A stretch of 64,000 bases of DNA from Camelus dromedarius (GCF_036321535.1 NC_087437.1:78618001-78682000), one strand, 5' to 3'. Counted from the stretch's first letter, positions 25,161-39,700 are shown. The notes: a model not told the origin generated them from the letters alone. A program made the numbers and translations.

Positions 25161-28100
25161 AATTTCTTTAAATATTGCTTCAATAAATTTAGCATCTTTT
25201 TTGAGTAACATGTCTATGAAGTCAGTGGTCCTTAATGTTACTTTTATGTTTTTAACTTAAAAAAAAAACCACAACTGTTAATTATCCCCTAAAAGCACTG
25301 TGTGCACTGCATATAGAAAAACTATGTTCTGTAGGAAATAGGGTTCAAACATCAAAGAACAGGTTTAGTGTTTCAGTCAGTGTTTCTCATTTACTTGTAA
25401 AGCACAGGTATTTTTTGTAATACTGAAAGTATTACAACTATTTTTAATTAGATGAATATTCTTTCAGTTGAACCATTTTCTGTGTTTTCCTTTATCTATG
25501 GTTTGATTTCTATGATTCACATACATGTGATTATGATATAAAACGGCTTCAAATTTTAAATCATATGTATATGATCTACTATTAGATTTAGTACATTATG
25601 CTGTCTTACATTTCCAGATTAAAGCATAGGCAATGTTGAAACTGAATGCATTCTGGTAACATCTTCCAATACAAAACTCAATTTCTCTCCAAGACAAATG
25701 AAGGGCTCATCGCGTAAGCTTGTAAAAAAGTCTTCCAAAGTTATGTATTGGATTTTATTCTTTTCAGAACAGTAGAAAGGCTTTCTACTGAGAAAATGTG
25801 AAGTTAATAAACCCGTTTTCAATACATCCTGTGTATCTGCAATTCTTTGTTCCTTTAGCCAACCTGCTTTCTAAACGAGGAGAAAATTGACTTTCAGGCA
25901 AAAAAGCAAGTATACATTAGACAGCCTGTAAGCTCAGCCAGACTGAGCTAACTAGGCTATTTGTATTATTTTCTAAGAAATATGTAAATACACTGCATGT
26001 GATATCTTCTCAAAATTCATTTAGAAATCTTTGGTCTCTGTTCCTTTTTATTTTTCCCCAACTGTATTCTACCTTCTCACATATTGGCAAAGCCTACTGA
26101 CTGCTCATTGTTTACAATTTTATCTTAGGGATTTCCAGGCATGTTTTAACCCCTATGTTAAGGCATTTATAGAATCACGTATGAAATATTTCTTGAATGA
26201 CATGGAGATTCTATTATTTTCAAGTTTACTAATCACCACATGTTTTCTAAAAAGGCGGAAAATAGCAGACACTATACTTTTCTTTTTATTTTAATTTTCA
26301 AAATATAATTCCTTGCTCCCAGAACAGAAATGTTTTTGAAGCATGTCCCTTTGTCCCTCCAGGTCTACACAATTTTTGCTCCACCAATATTTTACTGCAT
26401 ACAGGGAGGCACCATTCTGTAATCTGTGAATTCAGTGACCTTGATTCTGCCATCAAGCTCTGCTCTCCTGTAGTTTCCTTTGTTGGAACAGCAGATCTGT
26501 TTGGGTCTGTGCATGATAACCCATGATGTCTCCAATGGCACAGTTCACTGAACCCCCAGAGTGAGTCAGGTACTGTAGCAGTTTCAAAGAAAATTAAGCC
26601 TCTCTTTGACCTTACAGATTTAGATTTGATGAGAGAAGTGAGTTAAAATAATGTTCTAAAGTCTATAACATAAGATAACAAATAAAAAGTGCCATAGAGA
26701 ATACCTTACTACAGGAGATAAGAGTATTTACTCTTACCTGGTGAAATTAGGGGAAAGTATTATTTCTCTCTTTCTCTGCTATGAATTTTTTTCTAGCATG
26801 TAGGAATAGGTGAAAATAACACCCAATTTTCCAAAATTTCACTAAGACTCGTAATCTGTTTTTTTTCTGCCCCTATCTTCAGTGGCACATCTTTCATACT
26901 TCCACAATTAGGACTTACCATAGAAAGATAAAGCAAATACATCATTTGCAATGTTAAACACAAATTTCATTCATTATAATTTATTGGAATGGGATTTTGT
27001 CAACTAGATATGTTTTTATTCAAAAACAGCTCTGCAACATATTCACTACATAGTTAACTTCCAACTCATCACATGTTGTTGTAGAACAGGAACTAGTTAT
27101 AGTTAGGTGCTCAAAAAACAAAAAAATCTGCTTGTCTAATGTTGAGGAGCTCTGCTAAACAAATGATTATTTAGTCATTCTTCTGCAGCGTGGGTTATTC
27201 AGCACTTTGTCTCTCCTTGAAACAATGCCACACACTGGCCACCAGAGCCTTATAAGAGTGTGGCTATGTATGTGAATAATGTTTGCTCTCCTTTTAGAGG
27301 AACATTTATTGTTTCTCATAAGACTCATATTAGGAATTATGATAGTCATAGCTACCTTATTATTTCAGTGCCCTTGTACCAGTAGGCATAAATGCATTCA
27401 GGAAAAGTCTACAAGTGTTCATTGTAATTAATATTTAATGACATTAAATCCACCATTATCTTTTTGGGTTTCTTGATATGAGCGTGTATCTTTGCTTAAG
27501 AGCTTAATTCAAAAGGAAAAATTGAATGGGTTATTCAGGAGATATATATTTCAGTTATATACAACATCCATGAAGTTTGTGAGTGTTTTCAGATTAATCC
27601 TAATTTTATGCTGGCATGAGTGCTGGACTATGACTCACAAAACCAGAGCCTGAGTCCAAATTGCAGTATTTAATAACTGCATTGGAAATCACGGAGATCA
27701 TAGAAGTAATCATGCGAGATTATAGCCTAATTCAGTCCTAAGGTCCAGGATCTTTGTCCTGAGATCCTCCAGGGTGGCTCTGCACCCTGATTATTCATTG
27801 CCTTTGGGCCCTGGCTAGTCCAGGTACATTTCTCTTATTTGCAGTTTTCACAGTTGAATTGTTCCAGTTAGATAAATTATTTGAACCCAATACTTGTCAC
27901 ACAGTATCACATTAACAATTATAAACAGATACACTATAACTGATAAATGTAACAAATAAATGCTATTCTTCTAATGATACATGTAATGATGACCAGATGA
28001 GAAGATGCAGAGGTACATTTCTAGTACTCCAATTCAAGATGGAAACCATATGTATATGATGACAGATGTACAGATTTTAACAGTAAATTTAAAATGTGAC

Positions 28101-29599
28101 ACTGTTAGTAGACACATTATATAATAATCAATTCCTATTTTTAATTAAGAGACATGTCTTTCTAATAATATAGAGAATTTCCTAAGAAATAATCATAATA
28201 AATGTCTGAAAAGAGCCATTTCAAAGTGTAGGGTGAAAATCTAATGGCAAACTCTTGACCTTTTGAGCCATGCTGTCAAAGAGGAAATAATCTGAAACAG
28301 AGCTGTGCGACACAGTTACATAAAAGCCCCTTTGTGAGAGTGAACTACCCTTGTTTTGTAACTGGGTACAAATCTCTGAATAGTGTCAGGACCTTTTAAA
28401 TGTCAGAATTTTCTGGCTCTGGGCCACCTCTGTTCTGCATGGAACATTGTGACTAGTTTGCAATAGGTGGAAAGTTACTACTTAAAAATTTCCTGAATTC
28501 TCTCTTATGATCATAAATAGCAATAGCTGTATGAAAAAAGATTAAGAGAAGTTACAAAGTACTGGAAAGAGCTTGACTGAAATTTTGGACTTGTATTAAC
28601 CTCACAGTGGAAATGTATTAAAGCCAAAACCCCACAATAGAATTCAAGTAAGTTCTTAAACTTTACTGGATGTCTCAGGAAATATAAGCACTTTTAAGGA
28701 CACACTTCCTATTTTAAATATATAGTTGTTCAATATATTGATTTCCAATGTTGAAAAATGGTAAAAACCAAAACTTAACAAATTTGCTTAAAAACAAGTC
28801 TTTGAACTCCTAATTGGGTCTGTTCTTCTTTCCCTCTCTCTTTTTCCAAACAAACTAATTAATACATATTCATGTAGCCCTTATGGGGTGCTGAACTTGT
28901 GAATTAGATAGGATAAATATTCTTTTTGTACCTACCTGAGGATTGTAAGTAAGAGAGAGTGTCTCTAAGTCCTTCATGAAACATGCAGTTGTTTTTAATG
29001 CAGAGAATTTCCTGTTTTTCTTTCAAAACTATTTTGATATACTCCAAAATTCTCCAAGAATTAATAACTTCTGTATCAGGTAATCTCCTTAAGAAGTAAT
29101 CTCTGAGTTTTGTGAGAGCATAGTATCCAGAACCAAATATAAATAAAACACATTAAAATTGATAAAAATCTTTATTTTAAAATTTGGACACAACTTTAAG
29201 AGAGACAAGAATAAATAAAAGAATTCTGATCAAAGACTCATTGAGTTTGAAGTATGTGATGGCTCACTGGCATCAGCATTATTTTTTTATCAGTCACCAG
29301 GATTCTCTCACATAACAAAGTAAAAGTAAATATAAATACATATACAAAGCAGAGTGGAATAAGATGTTTTGAAATTAAAACAAAAATGAAAAGAAAAATA
29401 ACCTCTGCAATATTTATGTGAACGTATTTCTAGCAAATTCTACATTCTAAAAATACTGTAGAATAATGATGTGTTTACTTTAATCCTATTACTATTTTGG
29501 CTTTTTAAAATTAAAATTGTGAAGGCAATTTAATTTAAAATATGTTTTTATTTTGTACTGGATATTTTGGAAAATCAACTATGAATTTGTTTGCTGTTA

Positions 29600-30480
29600 C
29601 TACCCTTATATCATGTTTTCTTGTGGATTTACTTCTCTTCTAATTAGAATATTCCCTTTAAGAATATTTCAAAAATAATTTGTTGTATAGCTAAATTTTG
29701 GCAGTTTTATAATTCTCAGAATAGTTTCATTGTGTCCTCACATTTAATAATTGTTTATCTTAAAGTAAAAAAAATTATGTTTCAAATTATTTCTCTTTAG
29801 GACTTTTAAAATATTACTGCTTTTTTTATTATAATTTATATTTTTCAAATATGATGTCAATATATTTATTGTTCTTTTGTGGGTAATCTTTCTTTATGGA
29901 ATATTTATATTAAAATTTAATTATACCTTGATTTTATTAATTTCCATTGTGAAGTGTCTAGATGTAGGTTTTCTTCATGTATCTGGTTAACTCTCCATGT
30001 ACTTTTTCAATCTGAGATCTATTATTATAAATTTTTGGAAATTTGCAATGATTATTTTTTTCAAATATTCTTCCTCCTACATTTGTTATTTTCTTTTCTT
30101 TGGGATTCTAGTTACATAGATGTTAACATGTCAGTTTCTATGTTTTTTTATCTCTTATTTTATTTAATTTATTGTTCATTTTTTATTCTACTTTACCTTT
30201 CTGATACGTTTATGTATTTATTTGCACTGTAGATATTTAATCTTGATATTTCAGTTCATTAAATTATTTCTTATCTGTAGCTATTCTTTATTCATTTTAT
30301 AGCTATGTGTTCATGCTCAATGTTTCTTTGTAATTTCTGTTTCTCTGAGATTTCTATTGCATTTATGTTGAATATTTGATATTTTTTCTGTTTCTTCTAT
30401 TAATTCTCATTGTACTTGTACAAGTTGACTAACTATTTATTTGTTTATTCATTTCATAATAAGTAATTTTTTGCCTGTCA
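29600..30480 (-). mobile_element. HAL1/old L1 ORF1 remnant
   Basis: T-rich antisense ORF1 pattern: gtgtctagatgtaggttttctt, tttcaatctgagat, ggaaatttgc..attattttttcaaatatt, gggattctagttacatagatgtt. Confidence 0.6.
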
Positions 30481-31156
30481 ACTTCTATTTCTATGGGGCT
30501 GTCAAATACTTTGACTGGAAATATGTATATACTGGAGGGAGGTGTCAACACTTTGGGCCTAACTTTTGCCTCTCTTGGTGAGTATAAATGTGTGTGTGTG
30601 TTGGGGGTGTTTTTATGTTGGTTGCACAGAGCAGAGCCACCTCTATTGGTGCACTCCCTGGCTTTAATTTTACCACTTCTTCATGGTAACTCCTTGAAAT
30701 TTCACTCTAGTTACTGCTCTTTTCCAAGAGCTTTTGTCTTTTTACCATGATCCTTTAGCCTTGGTGTGTAGGTGTGAATGTGTAAGGAATAGGAAGGTAG
30801 CTAGCATCATCCATTATCATCTACTCATCTTTCCTGGTGTTGCCCTGCTGACCATGGCAGCACAAGGAAAGAGGCCAAACATATGGTCATAAGGAAACCA
30901 TTTCCCTAACTGTGTCATTCTGTCCCCTACATTGGTCTGCAGTTTTCTTCCCTCAACAAGTCACAAATAAATTTTGAGAGCCTCAGGAGTTTTTCACAGT
31001 TAATATGGGTTTTTTATTTTCCCTAAACCCATTCACATCTCTCTCATTTTTCTGACTTCTTCATGACTGAAATGTAGGAAGGAAACAGCAGCCCATTCTC
31101 GCAAGTAATCTTTTCTTTAAGATTTCTCAAATTCCTTTTAAAATATCTGCCTCTCA

Positions 31157-32472
31157 TTGAACACTCCCTCACATCATACACAAAAATAAACACAAAATGG
31201 CTTAAAGACTTAAGAAAAGACACTATAAACCTCCTAGAAGAAAAGACAGGCAAAATATTCTCTGACATAAATCTTAGCAATATTCTCTCCAAGGGCAGTC
31301 TGCCTAGGCAATTAGAAATAAAAACAAAAATAAACAAATGGGACCTCATTAAACTTATAAGCTTTTGCACAGCAAAGGAAACTATAAACAAAACAAAAAG
31401 ACAATCTATAGAATGGGAGAAAATATTTGCAAATGATGCGACTGACAAGGGCTTAATTTCCAGAATATATGAACAGCTTATACAGCTCAATAACAAGAAA
31501 ACAAACAACCCAATCCAAAAATGGGCAAAAGACCTAAACAAGCAATTCTCCAAGGAAGACATACAAATGGCCAACAGGCACATGAAAAAATGCTCAATAT
31601 CGCTCATTATCAAAGAAATGCAAATCAAAACTACAGTGAGGTATCACCTCCACCAGTCAGAATGGCTATCATTAAAAAGTCCACAAATAATAAATGCTGG
31701 AGAGGGTGTGGAGAAAAGGGAACCCTCCTACGTTGCTGGTGGGAATGTAGTTTGGTACAGCTGTGATGGAAAACAGTATGGAGATTCCTTAAAAAACTAA
31801 AAATAGACTTACCACATGATCCAGCAATCCCACTCCTGGGCATATATCTGGAATAAACTCTAATTTGAAAAGATACATGTTCATAGCAGTACTATTTACA
31901 AGAGCCAAGACATGGAAACAACCTAAATGCCCATGAACAGATGACTGGATAAAGAAGTTGTAGTATATTTATATAATGGAATACTACTCAACCATTAAAA
32001 AAGAATCAAATAATGCCATTTGCTGCAACATGGATGGACCTGGAGACGGTCATTCTAAGTGAAGCAAGCCAGAAAGAGAAAGAAAATACCATTTGTTATC
32101 ACTTATATGTGAAATCTAAAAATATGGCAGAAATGAACTTATTTGCAAAACAGAAACAGACTCACAGACATAGAAAACAAACTTATGGTTAACAGTGGGG
32201 AGGGGGAATGAAAGGACAAATTGGGAGCTCTGAATTTGCAGATACTAACTACTATATATAAAATAGATAAACAACAAGGTTCTACTGTGTAGCACAGGGA
32301 ACTATATTCAATATCTTATAATAACCTATAATGAAAAAATATGAAAAGAAACATACATATATATATATTTTATATATATATAAAACTGAAAGTCTATGCT
32401 GTATATCAGAAATTAACACAACATTGTATACCAATTATACTTTAATAAAAGAAAATAAAAATAAAAATAAAA
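31157..32472 (+). mobile_element. Cetartiodactyl-type L1: ORF2 C-terminus, 3'UTR and A-rich tail, 5'-truncated
   Basis: ORF2 zinc-knuckle [18 protein letters not shown] (31521..31766) and [20 protein letters not shown] plus an (A4-5T)n tail. Possible degenerate TSD: aaaatatctgcctctca (31140-31156) vs aaaagatgtgtctttca (32469-32485), 13/17 identical. Confidence 0.95.
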
Positions 32473-32625
32473 GATGTGTCTTTCACATTCAATGTAAGCT
32501 CTGAAAAGGCAGGAATCATATTTAACTGTGTCATTCCATATCCACTCCACTTAGTATCTCACGTGTCCTTGGTAATTTTTTTGTGGAATGAATTAACATA
32601 TGAATGTATGGTGGAATGAATAAAT
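32473..32625 (+). mobile_element. L2 3' end
   Basis: aatgtaagctctgaaaaggcagga...ttgtggaatgaatt and TGAA-like terminal repeats. Confidence 0.55.
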
Positions 32626-33134
32626 ACATATAATTAAACATATACAAAAAGTGTCATATCTGAATATTGAATTGACATTCAATGCTTCACCAATAAAACA
32701 CATATATTTTTGCTTTGTGATTAGATATATGTATAGATGAGGATTACACAGGTCTTCTTAATTTCTGTGGAAAAATCTGGTCATTATACGACCAGAATCA
32801 GATTCTCTGAATCCTGCTCAGACCCAGGTTCCTAGATAAATTCTCTTCCTGTCCTTGTCCCTCTTCCTCTGTCTGTCTCTTCATTTCTCTGAAAGTCAAA
32901 TGAATGCTACCTATGACCACAGCAGACTTTTATCCCAAACACATACATAGCCCCTTCCTTTGGTGAAACTGGCTGGCTATTTGTGAGGCCTGTTGCCTTT
33001 TTTACTCTATACTAGAGTGTAATTGAAGTTACTTGCTTTCTTTTGCCTTTCCTTATTGCTCATCTAGTGCCTGACTGATGTTCCAGCATATCTTCTTCAG
33101 GTCTGGCAGCAAGACAAAAACCATTTAATAATAA

Positions 33135-33517
33135 TGTGTATACTAAGGAAAAACATGAATGTTGTCCAAATCAGAAAAATGAGTAAACACTCCCCTAACC
33201 TGGCTATTAGGGGGACTGTTCCTTCTTTACAATCAGTGTTAGACTTGCTCTCGTCTGTCTAGACAAAACTGATGAAGAGATCCAGTCACAGAATTGTCCC
33301 TACTTCATGGCAGCACCGCATCCAGAATAAGCCCTTTCTTGAATCCTCCCCAAAATCACTTAAACAAAGCTGAGATAGACTGAATCTTTTCTAACACCCA
33401 CTTAGTGAGACGCCCCACAGTTCTCCATGGTGTCCATTCTCCTTTCCCAAAACGAGAAGTATCTCAAACTTGTTCAAATACAGGTCTGTTTCTAGTTTAA
33501 CTTTAGGTTAAAGGACA
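33135..33517 (+). mobile_element. ERV1 solo LTR (MER67/MER31 group-like)
   Basis: ttctaacacccacttagtgagacgccccacagttctccatggtg...aacttgttcaaatacaggt...aaggaca; TG...CA ends. Confidence 0.65.
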
Positions 33518-34009
33518 TTGAAAAAAGAGAGAGTGAGAAGAGATGCACAAAACAATTGATAAGAACCGCTCAAAATGAGTCACAAGAAGGATACTTAAAA
33601 TATTTAAAATTTTTGCTGTGTTTCACTAAAAGCTCTAAGCCCAGATACACTTCCAAGTGTGTCTCTGAAATTCAATTCTATCATGTCAAAATTTCTTTTC
33701 TCAGATATTGTACCAAGTCAATACTGCTTTGGTAGGGAGGAGGAGGTTCTTTTTAAACACACAGCAGCTCTACATCCCATTAAAAAAGAAATAAATGTAA
33801 ATTAATTCAGAGAATACTGACCTCAGAAAAAAATCTCTTGCACCTCTTTACAGATATTTATGTGGAAGCACAAGGATTTGTATTATATGACCTTCCTGAC
33901 TTTTTGTTCCCCGCTCATGAAACTGTTAATAAGCAAGCTCTCTGCTTAGCTGGGATCGTCTAAGAAAAATCAGAGAGGGAGCAACCAATACAAAACTGGT
34001 TTTATTATT

Positions 34010-34210
34010 GAGAAACTCTGGGTTCTGTTTTCATTTTGGTTCTTAATAAGTTTGACAATTCTCAGCATATCATTTTGCCTCTTTGTCAAATTTCCCTGCT
34101 GTGAAACAGGGAGAGCTGATCTGCCTGATGGGGGGAAGTGTGAAGATGATTAATGTTCAAGAAAAGTTGTGAGGAAAAGTGCCACCCAAGTTCAATGCAT
34201 TATTATTTCA
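34010..34210 (+). mobile_element. MIR remnant
   Basis: ctgggttct...gcctctttgtcaaatttccctgctgtgaaacaggga...gtgtgaagatgattaatg. Confidence 0.5.
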
Positions 34211-36759
34211 CTAAATCACAATTTTCTTGATGTTCATATCAGTGGCCTACTCTTTATGCAGCAAATAACTGATTCAGACTTCATTTATAAAAAGGAAAAA
34301 AAAAAAAGAAAGCAAGAACAAAAGGCAAGAGAATTCACAACACAAAGCAAAGAGAAATTACAGCAATATGAACTCTAACACTGTAGTGTTCTTTCACGGT
34401 CTGGTACTTTTTAATCTTGAGTCATAGATGGAAAAATAAAGGAAAAAAATTAAAGCACAACCATTGTACAGTAGGCAAAACAAGTGAGATTGCTTGGATT
34501 GATTACGCTGAACTCCAGAAAACAGCTACAGAATGTCTAGAATTCCCCAGACATGATGACTATTATGGTTCTGAGTGGTGGTTCAACAGCCTTCATTTTC
34601 AGATAGGTTACATTGGAATACCAATTTTCTGTCTTAAACCCTTTATTTCAGTATTGAATTGGAAATAACCCATGGCTATGGTATTTCTTTTGCTGCCTAA
34701 TACCCCATAGATGATTTTGTTTCTGATAGCATAGCAACTTTCACTCAGCAAATAAGCATATAAGAAAAACATGTAGTTTATATTAGCTGTTTCATTTCAC
34801 AATAATTCTTCTGGGTTCATATAAATCAATCCATTTTTTTAAATGTTTCGGATTGAAGTCAGGTAGGCACATTCAAATATGGAAGAATTTTAGGAAAAAA
34901 TAGCTGAAAAAATGAAATCATGTATGTGTTATATTGATCTTCATAATTTCTTATATGTATAATCAATGAATTCATGATCTTTCCATGAAAGAGATACCTC
35001 TTTTAGAATATCTGAATTTTCTAAATACACAAACGCATGCCAACTAAACACACACTAAATGCGTTGAGTAATATTTCTGTGTATATTCAGAAAGCTAATC
35101 TAAATTCTAAATACCCTCTTACAGATGTGTGCAATGTTTATAAATCATTTGGAGGACAAAAGTTCTAGCATTGCTCTATAGAAACAAGGACAAGAAGCCA
35201 TTTAAAACCATCTGTGTAAGAAGGATTTTAGGCCGATGTTAATGGTACAATTTAAGGAAGCACTTCTTACTGTGAAATACCATATAGCCATTTAAGATTA
35301 TGTTGATAATAGACATTTAAGTATGTTGAAAAATGGTCATAATATGAAGCAATTATTTTTAAACAGGCAAGCAAAACCGAATGCTACATAAATTATATGA
35401 TCCTAACCATAAATAGGTTGAAGATAGGAAGCTAAATTGATGACCGATTGTTTGGGACATAAAAAAGAATGAAGATAAAAGAGAGAAAAAGAGAGAAAGA
35501 AATAAGAACAGAAAGAAGAAAGGGAGAGAGGGAGGAATGAAGGAGATTTCTGGAAGCAACTGAAAGGAGAACTACTGTTATACTTTTACAGCAGTTCTGA
35601 TCAAAAGTGAGTCTTACTATGTTGTTGGGCACCCCAAATTTTCTATATTGGGTATATCTTTTCTATAAGCAGAAAAAATTTAAATTGTTATTAAGAAAAA
35701 ATTTATTACTCTTACCTTCTAAATTCATGCCCCAATAATCATATTCTAATATTAATATTACTTGCACACAAGTTTTAAAGTCAAGAACTGATAGATTTTT
35801 TTTTTTTAGTAACACAGTCAAAAACATTCATGTTAGCACCTCACATTAAGATTTGTATGGTTTCCCATGAACTTGTTTAAATGCCATATTGTGCAATAAA
35901 TGTAGATTTCTTACAAATCAATTCCAGGTAATTACTGTTTTCTCTTCTTTTTTGCAAATCACATTTTGAATAAAGTTTATCTATCATTAAAATTTATGAG
36001 GTCCTATATGTAGGGGAAAAAAAAGTATTGTGATTAATGTTGCTGATTGTTGAATGTCAATCTCTATCCTAACGAATGCCCACACATCATGGAAAAGTTA
36101 ATTCCTACCAGAGGGGTAATACTCGGTGCACAGAGGAGTGGACCCTCTTAGTACATTATTGTATGCTAATTTCTAACCTCACATCAATGACAGCAGTGGT
36201 AATGTTACCTCCACTCATCTGAATCTATTAATTCCCTTTATTTTGAAACCTAAGCAAACTCTCATCATCACTTTAGTTGGGGCACATAGTGAATCATAAG
36301 AACATTTGTGAAATCAGCACCTGCATCTTCAAAATGTTTTGCTGCTCCTTTCAATAGTCTTCTTCTTTGAGATATTTTTCCTCTTCCAGGCATGAAGTCC
36401 CCAGATACTGACTTGACAGAGGTAGGTCCCTTCCTCCACTCTCAGGCTGGCATCATTGCTACCAAGGCAGGACCACACATTACTGGGTGTGCAACTTGTA
36501 TGTGTATACAAATATAATGGAAAGAGCATGAGGCTAAGACTTAGAATGAGTGAGAGGATTTAAGTCCTAGTTATTTGACTATAGCTTTGTGATATAAAGT
36601 CTCTGTAGATATTTGTAACATGCACACAAGGCTCTGTCTAGGCATCCTGCTTCAATAGTTGTACACATTAGCCTGCATACTTGGATGACAAGAACCTCAT
36701 TTTAAAAATATGAAAGTAACTTATTACTTTAAACAATGTAGAAAAGACATAATAAGAAT

Positions 36760-39700
36760 GAGAATATATAATACCTCCACCAGCCAGAGATAACTGCTGT
36801 TTTACCAAGCAATGATAACTATTATTATATTTTAATGTATTATATATGAATAATATATCATATATATACATCCTTACAGAGTTCTCTAAAACTAAGTTGT
36901 ACATAAATTTACAAAAGTTCAAATTTTTAACTTTTTTTTACATAGGTATTAAGTTAAAAACTTACTTTCACTATAAAATGCATAGTATCTCAGTTAAATT
37001 TGTAATGTTACTTTAAATGTAAGCAAATTTAAGTGCATCCTATCTTATTTAAGTTCAGTTTGCTCTTAGATTTCCTTTGCTATTTACCATAAATTTATTG
37101 ATATGTAGTCAGAAAATAATATATTTAATATTTTAATTAACATCAACATAGTGAGATAGGCTTTCATGAATATATGTATTTGTGTTTCAATTTGTTATCA
37201 CAGTAAACACTTAGTGAATTAAAAAATTGGAGTGAATTTTTCATATTTTGGGAATATTTTTATATATTTATGGTATTAAGTCCATGTTTATTATATTTGT
37301 TGCAAATGGTCTTCCTAATGTTTGTCCCCCTTTTAATAATTGTGGTTTTTCATCATGTGGATTTGCTTTTTGCATTTTATATAGCAAAATGATTTCTTTG
37401 CTTTACACATTCTTTCTCACCTGAATAATATTTAATTATTTACCTATATAGACTTTTTCATATTAAATGTTTAACATATCTGAGTTTTGCTTTGGCACTG
37501 AATATGAGATAAATATTTGTCCTTTATGCACTGAAAAGAAATGCCCCTTGTATATCTTATGCTTGAACATATTTCTGGATTAAAATTCAATGTATTTATT
37601 GTATGCTATGTAATTTCATAATAATTGTTACCATTGGTTGAATTGTAAAGTTATAATCTATTTTATTATATGATAAATCACCTTTTCTTACATGAATCTC
37701 TATATTGTATCTCAAAATGAATGTAACAAACAGTATTTTCCAGTTTTAAAATATAATGGAAATGTTCATTAAAATGAATAATTAGATTCATAGGCTAATA
37801 TGAGAAGCAACACTTTTTTTTTTTTGAGACTAGAAAAGGAGTTTATTAGGTTATGTTGCCATAGACAACAGTGGGCCACACAGACGAGAGGTGCCTGTGT
37901 GAGCACTGAGCGTCAACTGTTCGAGCTGTTTATAAGGTAGGGTCACAAGGTGCATGATCGGCTTGTGCACAAGTCTCTGATTGGTTGCAGGTATGCTAAG
38001 TAGTTTAGGGTCTGGGAAGGGCAGAGGGGGTTATGACTCTGATACATCTTTGATAATATTGAGCATTCTCATCAAGGGACTTGCTATTTCATTACATTTA
38101 TTTAAATTATTTTGTCCATCAGTTAAATTCCTATTCCCTTTATATAGCACATTTACAGTTATCATTAAGTTTATTATTTGTTTGGGGCAAATTTTGCTAT
38201 GATTTATTATCATCTTATATAGCTGATTATTTCTTTCATTTGGGAAAGTTGTACTTAAAGTATTTTGAAACAGGCTAATATTTTTTAATTCCCTTTTCTG
38301 AACTGTTCAGATAGGTAATCAAATTTATATTAAAGTGTTTTGTATTGTTTTTCAGTATTTATTTTACTATTTTACTTTCTTGTATCATTAATTTAGGGTG
38401 AGAGTGAGCATCCTAAGTCTTGTTCTTGATTTTTTATAGAAATGCTTTTGTCAGTGTAATATTTAAACATTCACCATGATTACTGCTTTTAGTTTGATAT
38501 AATGCTTATTTTATTACACTAGTAGAGTAGCCTGTTCTGGTTTTGTTGTTTTGCTAAGAGTGGATGTTGAATTTGATCAAATCTATTTTTAGCTTATTTT
38601 AATTAAATTTGTAGCTAATGAATTTCCTAATTGGATCATCCTTGAATTTTAGGGATAAACACAAGTTGATGCTGGTATATTTGATTTTTAAATGATACTT
38701 AATTTAATTCACAAGTATATTATACAGAGTTTTGTCTGTGTTTTTAAAAATGTTTCCCTTTGAAAGCTAATAAGGTATATGTTGAGTTCAAAAAAGCAAT
38801 GAGAAATAATTTTAACTGTTCTGTGTGTTCAAGCAATTTTAAGAATGTAGGCTTAAACTGTTGCCTAAAAATGTTATGGAAATCTCACATAAAACAAAGA
38901 TATTGAAATATAATTTGCTGTTGTATTGGTTGATATTTGGATCCAGTTATGATAGATTTAAATTTTCTCTTTAACTGATTCCTCTTCGATCATTATATTT
39001 TCTTAGGATATTCTACAGTTTATTATGATTTTTAAATTAATTAGCAAACTGATATAATCTTCTTTTGAAATGCATCTAATCTATATAGCTATATCATATT
39101 ATTCATTGGTATTGCTATGTGTTTGTGATTTTCCTTATTTATCCATGATTTTATTTGTAAGAAATATATCTAATATTTTCAATCTTTTGAGGACCCATCT
39201 TCTGGATTTTCCATTTGTGCTATTTTGTTCTAAATTGCCCATGTATTTTTGCTGTTGTAATTATTCTACTTTATTTTTGTTATTTTTTACTATATTGGTT
39301 TTGAAGAATTTATTCTTTTTTGTTTTATATTTAGAACATTTAGGATTATAAGTTTTTTTCTTAACATACATATGTTTGCTACAGCCCATTACTTTGTTTG
39401 CTATAGTATTATTGTTTTTTCCTATTATTTGAATTCATTTTTGACTCATGATTTATTTTCTTTTTCTTCTTTATTTTTTTAACAGTCTATTTTCATTGTT
39501 TTCATTTTTTGTGCTTAATTTTTAATTTTTATTTCCTACTATTTTGTTGTCTTAACAGAATGAAAGCTATGAACTCTATGATTTCTTCTTTAGGAAATTA
39601 ATCACATTTTAAACACTCATGTATGTTAAGTCTATTACTTTATTATTATTGCCATGATTTATCCTTGTCATATTTTTAAGGGAATATTATATTATTGACT

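Noticed and set aside
26474..26560. + strand exon candidate (ctcctgtag|...AGA|gtgagt)
   Set aside because: Stops in all three frames and no other support.
31044..31628. Longest ORF in the track (194 aa, minus strand)
   Set aside because: Antisense reading of L1 ORF2; the same peptide type recurs at 17874..18194. Not a gene.
36390..36421. 32-nt + strand micro-exon (ttcctcttccag|...GAG|gtaggt)
   Set aside because: Not frame-preserving and has no partner exons; such site pairs are common by chance.
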